From contig CAZXIC010000001.1 in NCBI GenBank assembly GCA_964640195.1, positions 83,363 through 147,362 of the forward strand: DNA of 64,000 nucleotides. The letters run 5' to 3'. Of the stretch, positions 52,599 through 62,820 are shown one piece after another. The position numbers and the translations under genes were made by a program. Position 1 is the stretch's first letter; each line of letters begins with the position of its first letter. Below the pieces are notes generated by a model. That model made no database searches. It saw nothing but the letters and a program-made list of their open reading frames with translations, and was not told the DNA's origin. Source of the stretch: an uncultured archaeon (GTDB taxonomy: Archaea > Iainarchaeota > Iainarchaeia > Iainarchaeales > GCA-2688035).

Positions 52599-53666
52599 AT
52601 GCCCGCAAACGTCACTGTTGAGTTTGAGAAGGCGAGGCTCAAATACCAGCAGGCTTCCTCGCCAGAAGCCAAGCTGGATGCGCTGCTTGAGATGCAGAAG
52701 ACAGCGCCAAGCCACAAGGGCGCTGAAAACCTGCGGAGAGACATCAGCTGGAAGATTGCCCGGCTGAGGAAAGAGGTTGAAAAGAGGAAGGAGATGGAGA
52801 AGAAAAAGGGAAGCGCGCCGGGCATTGCAGTGAAAAAAGAGGGCATAGGGCAGGTTGTTTTGGTCGGGCTACCGAACAGCGGCAAGAGCTGGCTGCTGCA
52901 CCAGCTTACCGGCGTGCAGGTTGCTGTTGCTCCTTATCCCTTTACAACAAGGAAGCCTGTTGTCGGCATGATGGACTGCAAGGGGGCAAAGGTGCAGCTT
53001 GTTGAAGTGCCGGCTCTTGTTGAGGGGAGCAGCAGCGGCAAGGCAAACGGGTTGCAGCTGCTTTCAATTGTGAGGAACGCTGACGCGGTTGTGCTTGTTG
53101 CGAGGAACAAGGAAGAGGAGCAGCTGCTGCAGCAGGAGCTGCTAAATGCAAAGATTCTCCTGAATGAGGAAAAGCCGCGGATTGAAATAAAGCCGTCAAA
53201 ATTCAGGGGAATTGCGGTAGTGCACAAGAAGAACCTCAAAATGCAGGAGGCTGAGCTGCGCGATTTCCTGCGCAGCCAGGGGATGTACAATGCAAGCGTG
53301 GTGCTGAACGAGCAACTGAGAGACCTTGCAGCCGTTGTAAGGGCATTGGATGAAACAATTGCCTACAAGCCGAGCATTACGGTAAACCCTTTCGCCAAGA
53401 TTGATTTGCAGCAGTTGCGGAAAAAGGTTTTCCAGCTGCTCAGGAAGATACTGGTTTACACGAAAAAGCCCGGGCAGAAAGCAGAAAAAGGCGAGCCTCT
53501 TGCACTGCCACTGCATTCAACAGTGGAGTACGCGGCAAGGCACCTGCACAAGCAGCTTGCGGGGTTCAGGTACGCAAGGGTTTGGGGAAGCAGCCGCTTT
53601 CCGGGCCAGAGGGTGCAGAAAGAGTATGAATTACAGGATGGAGACGTCCTTGAGATATATTGTTAG
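52599..53666 (+). CDS. DRG/Obg-family GTPase with a C-terminal TGS domain
   Basis: GLPNSGKS (G1), TT, TGS-like C-terminus. Confidence 0.8.
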   Translation: MPANVTVEFEKARLKYQQASSPEAKLDALLEMQKTAPSHKGAENLRRDISWKIARLRKEVEKRKEMEKKKGSAPGIAVKKEGIGQVVLVGLPNSGKSWLLHQLTGVQVAVAPYPFTTRKPVVGMMDCKGAKVQLVEVPALVEGSSSGKANGLQLLSIVRNADAVVLVARNKEEEQLLQQELLNAKILLNEEKPRIEIKPSKFRGIAVVHKKNLKMQEAELRDFLRSQGMYNASVVLNEQLRDLAAVVRALDETIAYKPSITVNPFAKIDLQQLRKKVFQLLRKILVYTKKPGQKAEKGEPLALPLHSTVEYAARHLHKQLAGFRYARVWGSSRFPGQRVQKEYELQDGDVLEIYC

Positions 53667-53675
53667 AATGTCTTC

Positions 53676-54560
53676 TTACCCTGTGCTCGCTTCCTCTGCG
53701 ATTTTTCGCTCAACTTTTTGAAATGCCTCTTTCGGCTCTTTCTTTTTCCTTGAGAGAAACGCGATTGCCACAAGCCCTGCCATGATTGCCACAACCGCAA
53801 AAGGGAACAAAACATCTGAGTTTCCTGCAACCGTGACAGCAAAGCGCTTTTCAATCAGGTGTTTTCCGCTGGAGTCCTCAAAGCTGACCAGCAGCCTTGC
53901 AACCTGCTGCCCTGCAGCAACTGGCTTTGCCTTGAACGAAAAGCTTATTTCCTCAGTGCTTTCATCCGGGGAAAGTGCCAGCAGGCTGAGCGGGGTTGAT
54001 GTTACTTCCATTGCGCTGCCTGCAACCAGCTCTGCCCTTACGTTGTGCAGCTGCTGCTCACTTTTGTTGTGCAGCAGGAGCATGACAACGCCTTCCCTTT
54101 CCGGTTGCACAGGGCTTTTGTCAAGAGTTGCATCAATTTGGAGGGGCGATTCAGCGTAATTCAAGTATGTTGTAACAGCATGAGTGTATTTCTCTGTGCC
54201 GTAGTGCACTGTTAACGGCAGATTTTCAACTGCTTTCTGCAGCATCTTTACTGTAACAAAAATCCTTTCGCTTGCGCCCGGCTGAAGGCTCTCAAGCCTC
54301 TGCACTAAAAAATCCCGCTGCTCTTCCCCTGCAACCACGGCAAGCTGCTGCGGGAGGCTTAGCTTCAAGACAACGCCCTGCATCGGCAAAGCAGATGCGT
54401 TGAATGCAACCAGTTCAAATTCCGCTAATTCGTCCAAATAAAGCTGCAATGTTTCAGCCGCTGGTTGCTTGGGGTTAATGCTGACAAGCAGCTGCGCGTT
54501 TGCTGCTGAACAAAGCAGCGAAAGGCAGAAAAGCAGCAGAAGGCTATTCTTCAAAGCCAT
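53676..54560 (-). CDS. Secreted protein with a C-terminal TM anchor
   Basis: Signal peptide; C-terminal hydrophobic helix plus KKK. Confidence 0.4.
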   Translation of the reverse strand: MALKNSLLLLFCLSLLCSAANAQLLVSINPKQPAAETLQLYLDELAEFELVAFNASALPMQGVVLKLSLPQQLAVVAGEEQRDFLVQRLESLQPGASERIFVTVKMLQKAVENLPLTVHYGTEKYTHAVTTYLNYAESPLQIDATLDKSPVQPEREGVVMLLLHNKSEQQLHNVRAELVAGSAMEVTSTPLSLLALSPDESTEEISFSFKAKPVAAGQQVARLLVSFEDSSGKHLIEKRFAVTVAGNSDVLFPFAVVAIMAGLVAIAFLSRKKKEPKEAFQKVERKIAEEASTG

Positions 54561-55863
54561 AGGCAGGCAACTCCTCCTCTTCCTCTTTCCTTAAAACCAG
54601 GGCAGCCAGCTTCTTCCTGTTCCTGAGCGCATAAAGGACAATTAACGCAACTATCAGCAAAGCAGCACCTGTGAAAACAAGGTCAGTGTTTATTGCATCG
54701 CTGTCCTCAACCAGCCCCGCAGAGTAGACCCTGAGGGCGTCTTCCTTTGCGTCTTCCGCAAACTGCTCTGCCAAGGCAAAGCTGCCGTTGTTGTAAAAGG
54801 TCTCAGCCTTTGTCCAGTTTGCCTTTACGGTTGCTACAGCGCCCTGCTCTTTCCACCTGAAGATATACTCTTCAAGCAGGATTAGGTCAATCAGCTGCTT
54901 CAGACTCTGCTGGCCTGTTTCACTCAGGATAACGTCTTCCTGCCCGTAAAGCACCTGGAAGGCGCTGTTCCTCTTCTCCCTCGTGGCAAGGCCAGCAACA
55001 AGGCCCTCAAGGTTTGACAGCGCGTCCTCAAATATTTTGTCGAACTGCTCTTCCAGGGCTATTGCTTCTGTCGCCTTTTGCTTGAACTGCTGTAACCTAT
55101 CCGGAACATTCATCAGCCTGTTCAGGCTCTGCTTTGTGTCAATTGGCAAATCTGTCAAGGCAACGGCTTGCCTAAGCTCATCAAGGTCTGCAGTGTATGT
55201 TGAACGCAGCGCTTCCAATCCAGCCATGGCTTCAAATGCATCGCCGAATTTTGACTGGAAGCGCTTAAGCCCGTTTGTGTCAGGTGCTGCAAAGAAACCG
55301 CTTTCAGAGGAAACAGCTGCAGACACGGCACTGCCTATGTCATCTGCTACTGGATACATCGCATCAAGCTGTTCCCGCAGGTCGTCTGCAGCGTACTGCA
55401 GCAGAGAGTATTCCTCAAGGCTGACGCCTACTGTTGTCAAGTCAACCCTCTCGTTTTTCAGGTCATCAGACAAGTCAGAGAAGAATTTCGCATTTTTTGC
55501 GTCAAACAGCCACAAGCCCTGCTTGGCGCTGTTTTCCTTCAGCTGCTGGAAGTAGCGCAGCGCGTAAGCTGTCTTGAGCAGCTCTCTTCTTGCAACAAGT
55601 GATAGAGGCACTTCTTTCTCCTTGTCATCCACTGGGATGAATCCGCTCAAGCTGCTGCCGCTCAGCACTGCAACAACGAAAAACTCATCGTGCTTGTAGC
55701 TTATTTTCACGTTCGGGAAAATCTCAACTGTTTCACCAGGGTAAAGGAAATTGTTCTGCTTGCTCACAAAGTCAACTGCTTCCTGGCTGCTCAACCCTAC
55801 AGCATTGGCTGCAAAAAGCAGCAAAACAAGCAAAGACAGCGAGAGTGGAATTGTTTTATTCAT
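54544..55863 (-). CDS. Secreted protein with a C-terminal TM anchor
   Basis: Signal peptide MNKTIPLSLSLLVLLLFAANA; C-terminal TM helix. Confidence 0.4.
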   Translation of the reverse strand: MNKTIPLSLSLLVLLLFAANAVGLSSQEAVDFVSKQNNFLYPGETVEIFPNVKISYKHDEFFVVAVLSGSSLSGFIPVDDKEKEVPLSLVARRELLKTAYALRYFQQLKENSAKQGLWLFDAKNAKFFSDLSDDLKNERVDLTTVGVSLEEYSLLQYAADDLREQLDAMYPVADDIGSAVSAAVSSESGFFAAPDTNGLKRFQSKFGDAFEAMAGLEALRSTYTADLDELRQAVALTDLPIDTKQSLNRLMNVPDRLQQFKQKATEAIALEEQFDKIFEDALSNLEGLVAGLATREKRNSAFQVLYGQEDVILSETGQQSLKQLIDLILLEEYIFRWKEQGAVATVKANWTKAETFYNNGSFALAEQFAEDAKEDALRVYSAGLVEDSDAINTDLVFTGAALLIVALIVLYALRNRKKLAALVLRKEEEEELPAYGFEE

Positions 55864-55899
55864 TCAATTATTAATAAATATTCAGGCTATATTAAAGGT

Positions 55900-56625
55900 T
55901 TGCGGTGTAGGGCTGTGAAAAGCAGGGTTGTTTTGTCAAGACCGCTGTACGAGGAAAACGTCGGGCTTGCCGCAAGGGCAGCCGCGAACTTCGGCTGCAG
56001 GGAAATGGCTGTTGTAAGGCCGAGATGCAACTGGCGCAGCACTACTGCACTGAGCAGGGCAATGCACGGCAAGGGAATCCTGCTCAGGGCAAAAGAATTT
56101 GGAAATCTTGGGCAGGCAACTGCAGGCTGCAGTTATGTCATTGCAACTACGGCAAAGGCAGGAAAGGGCGGAAAGATTTCCAGGGCTGCTGTTCCCTTGA
56201 AAAGGTTTGCGGGGGAATTCGCCAGCAGCAGGAAAAAGGCTGCAATTGTTTTTGGGCCGGAGCCGAGCGGCTTGACAAATGAGGAAATCGCGGAATGCGA
56301 TTTCGTTGTTACAGTGCCTTCTTCATGCAAGTACAGGGCCCTGAACCTCGGCTGCGCGGTTGCACTTGTGCTGTACGAATTGTTCAGCGCAAAGGCAGGG
56401 AAAGGGTTTTGCTTCAGGGAAGCCGGGCATTTGAAAAGGAGGCTGCTGGCTGAGAAATTCCAGGCTGTTGAGGAAATGCTGCCGGGCATTGAGAACAGGA
56501 AAGCGGTGCTGGCTTCCTTCAAGGCACTAACTGGCAGGGCTTTGCTGGGCGAAAAGGAGGCGAGCGCACTGCTGGCTTTTTTGAGTGAAACGGAAAAGGA
56601 GCTGCGGGGAAAAGGAAAAAATTAA
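55900..56625 (+). CDS. SpoU/TrmH-family RNA 2'-O-methyltransferase (TTG or GTG start)
   Basis: VVLSRPLYEENVGLAARAAANFG; IVFGPEPSGL. Confidence 0.7.
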   Translation: MRCRAVKSRVVLSRPLYEENVGLAARAAANFGCREMAVVRPRCNWRSTTALSRAMHGKGILLRAKEFGNLGQATAGCSYVIATTAKAGKGGKISRAAVPLKRFAGEFASSRKKAAIVFGPEPSGLTNEEIAECDFVVTVPSSCKYRALNLGCAVALVLYELFSAKAGKGFCFREAGHLKRRLLAEKFQAVEEMLPGIENRKAVLASFKALTGRALLGEKEASALLAFLSETEKELRGKGKN

Positions 56626-56663
56626 TAAGCAAGGGAAACACAATTCTTTTCGGTGCAGTTGAA

Positions 56664-57056
56664 ATGCCAAAGGTGCCGCGCTGGGCTGGAAGTTTAAGGC
56701 TCTGGCAGAGGATGAGAGTAAGGGAGAGAGCCCAGTGGATCAAGAAGTTGAGGAAACGCGCTGCATTAAAGCTTTTCAAGGCACAGCGCAGAGAGATAGG
56801 AGAGTTTGCCTCCAGTCTCGGCGTGCCGCCTGAGATATTCGACAGGCTTTTTCTGGACATGGACGCAAGGGGCGTTAAGCGCAGCGAAATGGGCAATAAG
56901 ATAATGCAGGGACTTCAGCAGCTGCAGCAACTGGCTGAACAGGCAGGCTACGACAAAATGCATGTTTTCCAGTTATTTAGGCAGACGAAGAGCTTTGAAA
57001 AGGGGGTAGCTTACCTGCGGAGTATTGTCCAGCAGCCGGCGCAGGCTGCCGCCTAA
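56664..57056 (+). CDS. Hypothetical protein
   Basis: ORF only. Confidence 0.35.
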   Translation: MPKVPRWAGSLRLWQRMRVRERAQWIKKLRKRAALKLFKAQRREIGEFASSLGVPPEIFDRLFLDMDARGVKRSEMGNKIMQGLQQLQQLAEQAGYDKMHVFQLFRQTKSFEKGVAYLRSIVQQPAQAAA

Positions 57057-57107
57057 AGCCCTGCTTTTGCAAAGGATTAAATAGAACAAAACTGTTTTTT
57101 TAGTGGC

Positions 57108-57671
57108 ATGGGTAAAGGGAAAAGTAGCCTGGGCGGGTTTCTGCGCAGGTTGGAGGATGCCTTTGCAAGGCAGGACGCGTTTGCTTTGAGGGAATTGGGG
57201 AACAGGGCGATTGAAGAGGCTGCGCTGGCGAACAACAGGCTGCTTGCGGAGGTTGCGCTTATTGCCTACTGCCTGCACAAGCTGTGCAGCAAGCAGCACA
57301 TCGTAAGGCACGGCAAGTGGGCAAGCGTAAGGAAAGCGATTGAAGGGAATCTGGGCAGGGCTGTTGCAGCGCTTGAGAAAGGCAACAAAGCGGGGTTTGA
57401 AAAAAAGCTGCGGGGCGTAATTGGCTCGATTCAGCTTGTGGACAGGCAGCTGGGCAACTACGTCCAGGGGTTGTATGAGAAAGCAAAGGTAAAGTATGCA
57501 AGCAACGCATACGCGCTTGGGCTCGGCTTGGGGCAGTCTGCAGCATTGACCGGCGCAGACAAGAAGGATTTGCTGCGCTATATCGGCGTAACCAAGCTGC
57601 ACGACAGGGAAGCTGTTACGCTCGGCATAAGGGAAAGGCTTGAAAGGCTGAGGAAGCGCCTGGGGGAATGA
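57108..57671 (+). CDS. Hypothetical protein
   Basis: ORF only. Confidence 0.35.
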   Translation: MGKGKSSLGGFLRRLEDAFARQDAFALRELGNRAIEEAALANNRLLAEVALIAYCLHKLCSKQHIVRHGKWASVRKAIEGNLGRAVAALEKGNKAGFEKKLRGVIGSIQLVDRQLGNYVQGLYEKAKVKYASNAYALGLGLGQSAALTGADKKDLLRYIGVTKLHDREAVTLGIRERLERLRKRLGE

Positions 57672-57675
57672 TAGC

Positions 57676-58341
57676 ATGCAAATTGTATTTGACTCCTCGT
57701 CCTTGATTTCGGTTGGCCAAAGCTGCCTTATTGAGGTGCTGCACGGATTGCACGATGCAATGAATGCCGAGTTTGTCATCCCAAAATCGGTTTTCAGGGA
57801 GGCTGTGCGCAGGCCATTGCGCATCAGGCGCTTTGAATTGAATGCCGTCAGGCTGGGGAAAGCTGTTGACGAAAAATGGCTGCATGTCGTTGGCTTGCAG
57901 GGCAGGGGAAGCGCAGAGGAAATAATGCGCACTGCAAACAGCTGTTTCTACATCAGGGGCAAGCCTGTTGCGTTGCTGCAGAGGGGTGAAGTGGATGCAC
58001 TGGCTTTGGCCCTGCAGTTGAAGGCCGCAGCCCTTGTGATTGACGAGAGAACCGCAAGAATGCTGGTTGAAGCGCCCTTCAAGCTCAGGGATTTGATGCA
58101 GAGCAGGCACATGGAAAAAATAGCCGTGGACAGGGGAAAGGCGGAAAGCTTCGGGCTGTTATTCAAGGGCTTGAGCATTGTGAGGAGCGTTGAACTGATT
58201 GCCCTTGCATTTGAACTCGGTTTGCTGGGCAGGGAGTTGCAGCAGAGCAAGCAGGCTTTGCACGCTGCACTGTATGCTGCAAAGTACAGCGGCTGCGCTG
58301 TAAGCAGCAGGGAAATCGAGCAGTTTTTGAAGGGGTTTTAA
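57676..58341 (+). CDS. PIN-domain-like protein
   Basis: IVFDSSSLI...GEVDALALAL...VIDE acidic residues at PIN positions. Confidence 0.4.
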   Translation: MQIVFDSSSLISVGQSCLIEVLHGLHDAMNAEFVIPKSVFREAVRRPLRIRRFELNAVRLGKAVDEKWLHVVGLQGRGSAEEIMRTANSCFYIRGKPVALLQRGEVDALALALQLKAAALVIDERTARMLVEAPFKLRDLMQSRHMEKIAVDRGKAESFGLLFKGLSIVRSVELIALAFELGLLGRELQQSKQALHAALYAAKYSGCAVSSREIEQFLKGF

Positions 58342-58392
58342 ATGCAGCCTGCGGCAATTGATGGGAATGTTTCGCTGCATGGGGTGAGCTAA

Positions 58393-58860
58393 ATGCAGAT
58401 AAGGGAAGTGAAGGAAGCAGACCTGCCTGAAATAGTTTCCCTGATAAAGGAAGAGTTCCCTTATGCTGCAATTGACCTGGCAAAGATAAGGGAAAGGATT
58501 GCAAGCAAAAAAATATTTGTTTTCAAGGCTGTTGAAAGGCGCATTCTGCTCGGATTCGTTGAAGCGGAAATGATTGCGCAGGACGTTGCGAGAATAAATG
58601 GCCTGACTGTCAAGCCGGAGTTCAGGAAGAAGGGGATTGCGGCAGGGCTGCTTGAGCACATGCTGTCATTCCTCAGGGAAAGGGGGGCGAAAAGGATAAT
58701 GCTGCTGGTTAAGCAGTCAAACGAAGAGGCAAAGCAGTTGTACAAGCAAAAGGGATTCAGGTTCATGGGATTGTATCAGCGGGAAATAGACCAAAGCGTG
58801 GTTGAGGAAATGGAGCTTGATTTCAGTGCCAGCGGGGAAAAGCCGAGCTATGTGAGCTGA
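58393..58860 (+). CDS. GNAT-family N-acetyltransferase
   Basis: RKKGIAAGLL motif A. Confidence 0.85.
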   Translation: MQIREVKEADLPEIVSLIKEEFPYAAIDLAKIRERIASKKIFVFKAVERRILLGFVEAEMIAQDVARINGLTVKPEFRKKGIAAGLLEHMLSFLRERGAKRIMLLVKQSNEEAKQLYKQKGFRFMGLYQREIDQSVVEEMELDFSASGEKPSYVS

Positions 58861-58883
58861 AAACCCGCTTTGAAAAAAGTCAT

Positions 58884-60317
58884 TCAATATCCCTTTGCAA
58901 ACCAGGCTTTCACGCTTGCGTCCCTTCCGCACCTCACACACTTACCCTTAACCGGTTTTTGGCCAAAAGGAATGCACCTGGCGCTTGCGGTTGTTTCTTC
59001 CTTTATCTGCTGCTCACAATCAGGGCTGTTGCAGAAGTATGCAAGGACCATTTTCTTGGCGGAAAGCATTTCCTTGAATTCAGCCCAGGTTTTAACTTCA
59101 GCAGTGTTCTTCTCAAGGAAGCGCTTTGCGTTCTTGAACAAATCAGACTGCTGTTGCAGCAACAGCGCGCCGATTTTCTTGGCCAGGCTTTTTTCTTTTA
59201 CAGTTTCCTTTTTCCCTGTATCTCTCCTCACAACGACAGCCTGGCGCTTTGCAACATCCTTGGGCCCGATTTCCACGCGCAGCGGAACCCCCTTCAGTTC
59301 CCATTCGTTGAACTTCCAGCCGGCGCTGTAAGCTTCCCTGTCATCAAGAATCGGCTTGAATTTGCCCAGCCTTTTTGCAATCAGCCTTGCTTTTCCCAAA
59401 ACCTTTTCCCTGTTTTTCTCAAAAATTATCGGGACAACAACAACCTTGTTAGGCGCAACAGCTGGCGGAAGAACCAGGCCCTTGTTGTCGCCGTGGACCA
59501 TTACAAGCGCGCCGAGCAGCCGCGTTGAAAAACCCCAGCTGTTCTGCCATGGCACCTGCTTTTTGCCCTGCTCATCCAGATAGCCTATCCCGAAAACCCT
59601 GGCAAAGCCCTGGCCCAGGTTGTGGCTTGTGCCCATCTGCAGGGCTTTTCCGTCAGGCATCAGCGCTTCAACAGTAAACGTTCTCTTCGCGCCGGCAAAG
59701 CGCTCTGATTCTGTTTTTTCGCCCACAACAGTGGGAATAGCAAGCAGCTGCTCGCACAGCAGCCTGTACTCATTAAGAAACAGCAGCGCTTCCTTCTCGC
59801 ACTGCTCCTCAGTGGCGTAAACGCAGTGGCCTTCCTGCCAAAGGAATTCCCTGGTGCGCAAGAAAAGCTTGCACTGCTTGACCTCCCAGCGTAGGACATT
59901 GCACCACTGGTTCAGCCTGAACGGCAAATCCCTCCAGGAGCGAATCCACTTCGCGTAGCTGTTGTAAATTATCGTTTCCGAAGTCGGCCTTATTGCAACC
60001 CTCTCTTCAGCCTCCTCCTTTCCGGGCTCAACCCATGCAAGCTCAGGCTCAAAGCCTGCTGCATGTTTCGCCTCCCGTTCAAAAAAGCTTTTTGGAATCA
60101 GCAGGGGAAAGTATGCGTTCATCACCCCTTTTTTTGAAATTGCCGCATTGAAGTGTTCCTGAATGTTTTCCCAGATGCGGTAAGCATTCGGCCTTATAAC
60201 CATGAAACCCCTGATGGGAGCATAGTCCGCAAGCTCGGAGCGCAGCACAACTTGATTGTACCACTCGCTGAACTGCTGCTCTTTCTTCACTGTGATGCCA
60301 AGCTGCTTTTCAGGCAT
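58884..60317 (-). CDS. proS: Prolyl-tRNA synthetase (archaeal/eukaryotic type)
   Basis: Class II motifs; C-terminal ...KAWFAKGY. Confidence 0.9.
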   Translation of the reverse strand: MPEKQLGITVKKEQQFSEWYNQVVLRSELADYAPIRGFMVIRPNAYRIWENIQEHFNAAISKKGVMNAYFPLLIPKSFFEREAKHAAGFEPELAWVEPGKEEAEERVAIRPTSETIIYNSYAKWIRSWRDLPFRLNQWCNVLRWEVKQCKLFLRTREFLWQEGHCVYATEEQCEKEALLFLNEYRLLCEQLLAIPTVVGEKTESERFAGAKRTFTVEALMPDGKALQMGTSHNLGQGFARVFGIGYLDEQGKKQVPWQNSWGFSTRLLGALVMVHGDNKGLVLPPAVAPNKVVVVPIIFEKNREKVLGKARLIAKRLGKFKPILDDREAYSAGWKFNEWELKGVPLRVEIGPKDVAKRQAVVVRRDTGKKETVKEKSLAKKIGALLLQQQSDLFKNAKRFLEKNTAEVKTWAEFKEMLSAKKMVLAYFCNSPDCEQQIKEETTASARCIPFGQKPVKGKCVRCGRDASVKAWFAKGY

Positions 60318-60339
60318 TGTGGTTCACCACTAACCCATA

Positions 60340-61461
60340 TCATTTTCCAATAATATAAATGTTTTCCGTCTTTATCGCAGTGCCGTGCTGCATCTTCTTG
60401 AGTGTTTTGCTGTCAAAATCAACTATTCCGCGAGCAAAAACCTTTCCGCTGCATTCGATTTCCACTACTTCCTTTCGCTTGAAATCGCCTTTCACAGCAG
60501 AAATGCCTTTGACGAGAAGGCTCTTTCTCTGCAAAAGCGCATCCTTTGCCCCGGAATCAACAGCGATTCTGCCCCTGGCCTGGCTGAACAGCACCCACTT
60601 TGCCCTGCTGCCAAGTGCCTTCTTTGGCAGAAACAGCGTGCCCAGCTCTTCCCCTTTTGCAATTCTCACCAAAACATTGTTCTCACGAGCATTTGCTATT
60701 ACCACGGCGCAGCCGCTTGCAACCGCAATCTTTGCTGCCTCTATTTTTGAACGCATGCCGCCAACAGCAGAAACGCTGCCTCTCCTGCCCGCTGCTTTCT
60801 CTATTTCCCCTGATATTTCCCTCACGACAGCAATCCTTTCAGCCAGAGTATTTTCCCTTGGATTGGCTGTGAAAAGCCCTGCAACGTCTGAAAGCATTAC
60901 AAGCAGATGCGCGTCCAGCTTGCCTGCAACAAGGGCTGACAGCTTGTCATTGTCCCCGAAGCTTACGCCAATCTCGTCAATTGAAACAACATCATTCTCG
61001 TTTACAATCGGGATTATTCCAAGCTTCAGCAGCAGATTGAAGGCATTTCTCAGGTTCAGGTAAGTGCCGCGCCTGCTGAACGCATCATAGGTAAGCAAAA
61101 TCTGGGCAACCTTCTGATTAAATTTGTCAAAAGCCCCTGCGTACAAAAACATCAGCCTGTTCTGCCCGACAGCAAAGGAAGCCTGCCTCATTGCAATATC
61201 TCTTGGAGGCCTTTCAAGCCCGATTTCCCTGAAACCACTGCCGATTGCGCCGCTTGTCACAATTATTACCTCCCTTCCCTGCTTCCTGAGCTGCATTACC
61301 TGCCCTGCAATCCTTGAGATAAAGTTCTGGTCAACCAAGCCCTCTTCGTTTGTCAGGGCATTCGTGCCAATTTTTACGACAATTCTCTTTGCCTTCTTGG
61401 CAACATCCCTTTCAACTGGCATTATTGCATCACCTGCCTGAAGTCTTCGCCTCTCCAACAA
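60340..61461 (-). CDS. proB: Glutamate 5-kinase with a PUA domain
   Basis: IVVKIGTNALT; amino-acid kinase fold. Confidence 0.85.
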   Translation of the reverse strand: MLERRRLQAGDAIMPVERDVAKKAKRIVVKIGTNALTNEEGLVDQNFISRIAGQVMQLRKQGREVIIVTSGAIGSGFREIGLERPPRDIAMRQASFAVGQNRLMFLYAGAFDKFNQKVAQILLTYDAFSRRGTYLNLRNAFNLLLKLGIIPIVNENDVVSIDEIGVSFGDNDKLSALVAGKLDAHLLVMLSDVAGLFTANPRENTLAERIAVVREISGEIEKAAGRRGSVSAVGGMRSKIEAAKIAVASGCAVVIANARENNVLVRIAKGEELGTLFLPKKALGSRAKWVLFSQARGRIAVDSGAKDALLQRKSLLVKGISAVKGDFKRKEVVEIECSGKVFARGIVDFDSKTLKKMQHGTAIKTENIYIIGK

Positions 61462-61482
61462 TCTCCGCTTCTAACACTTGCC

Positions 61483-62751
61483 CTATTTCCTCACCTGGCC
61501 GTTGCCGAAAATTTCGTACTTGTAGGAGCACAGCTCCCTTAATCCCATGGGCCCCCTGGCATGCAGCTTCTGCGTGCTGATGCCGATTTCCATGCCCAAG
61601 CCGAACTGGTTTCCGTCAGTGAACCTCGTACTTGCGTTTGCGTAAACACATGCAGAATCCACTTCACGCATAAATTTTCCTATGCTCTCCCTGCTTTCCG
61701 AAAGGATTGCATCGCTGTGCTTGCTGCCGTAGGTGTTTATGTGGGTGATTGCCTCATCAATGCTTTCAACAATCTTTATTGCCAGAACCAAATCCAGGAA
61801 CTCTGTTTTCCAGTCCTCCTCGCTTGCGTCCTTGACAGCAGTGATTCCAGCCTTCTGCAGGAGTTCCCTTGTTTTCTTGCACGCCCTTACCTCAACCCTG
61901 TTAGCCTGCAGTTCTTTCGCCACAGCAGGCAAAAATTTTTCCGCAATCTTTTTGTGCACCAGCAGGGTTTCAATTGCATTGCAGGTGCCAGGCCTCTGGC
62001 ACTTCGCGTTGATTACAATCCGCACAGCTTTCCCAAAATCAGCGCTTTCGTCAACAAAGCATTGGCAGTTGCCAACGCCTGTTTCAATTACAGGAACAGT
62101 GGCGTTCTGCACAACAAAATCAATCAGGCCAGCGCCGCCCCTTGGGATAATCAAATCAATCAAGCCGTGCGCTTTAAGCATCTCCGCAACAACGCCCCTC
62201 TCTTTGGACGCAACTACCTGGACGCAGTCTTCCTGCAATCCGGCTTTTGAGAGCGCCTTTCTGAGAGAATCGCCAATCGCGACATTGCTGTTCAGGGCAT
62301 CGCTGCCACCTCTGAGGATTACTGCATTGCCTGACTTGAGGCACAGCCCTGCGGCATCAACTGTGACGTTCGGCCTGCTTTCATATACAATGCCCACAAC
62401 GCCGAACGGCACCCTGACCTTCCTGATAAGCAGACCGTCTCTTTGCTTCCACTCGTCAATTGTTTCGTTAACTGGGTCGTGCAGTCCAGCAACCTCATGC
62501 AGCTCTGCGGCAGTGCGTTCAAGCCTTTCCCTTGTCAAAGCCAGCCTGTCTACAAGTGCTTCGCTGATTCCTTTCGCCCTGGCAGCATCAACGTCTTTTT
62601 TGTTTGCCTTTATTATTTCAGCGCAGTCTGCTTTCAGCTGCAGTGCCATCAGCTGCAATGCCCTGTTCTTCTGCTCTGCTGCTGCAAGAGCCAGCTGTAC
62701 CGCAGCCCTCCGCGCGTTCAGCGCAATCCCTTCAATCAATCCCTTGGTCAT
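61483..62751 (-). CDS. proA: Gamma-glutamyl phosphate reductase
   Basis: ALDH-fold; catalytic Cys context. Confidence 0.85.
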   Translation of the reverse strand: MTKGLIEGIALNARRAAVQLALAAAEQKNRALQLMALQLKADCAEIIKANKKDVDAARAKGISEALVDRLALTRERLERTAAELHEVAGLHDPVNETIDEWKQRDGLLIRKVRVPFGVVGIVYESRPNVTVDAAGLCLKSGNAVILRGGSDALNSNVAIGDSLRKALSKAGLQEDCVQVVASKERGVVAEMLKAHGLIDLIIPRGGAGLIDFVVQNATVPVIETGVGNCQCFVDESADFGKAVRIVINAKCQRPGTCNAIETLLVHKKIAEKFLPAVAKELQANRVEVRACKKTRELLQKAGITAVKDASEEDWKTEFLDLVLAIKIVESIDEAITHINTYGSKHSDAILSESRESIGKFMREVDSACVYANASTRFTDGNQFGLGMEIGISTQKLHARGPMGLRELCSYKYEIFGNGQVRK

Positions 62752-62820
62752 TTTTTCACCAGTACAGCAGCAACCTCAGCTTCCTTTGCTCAGTTGCCTG
62801 CAGCCTGCCTGATTGCTGTT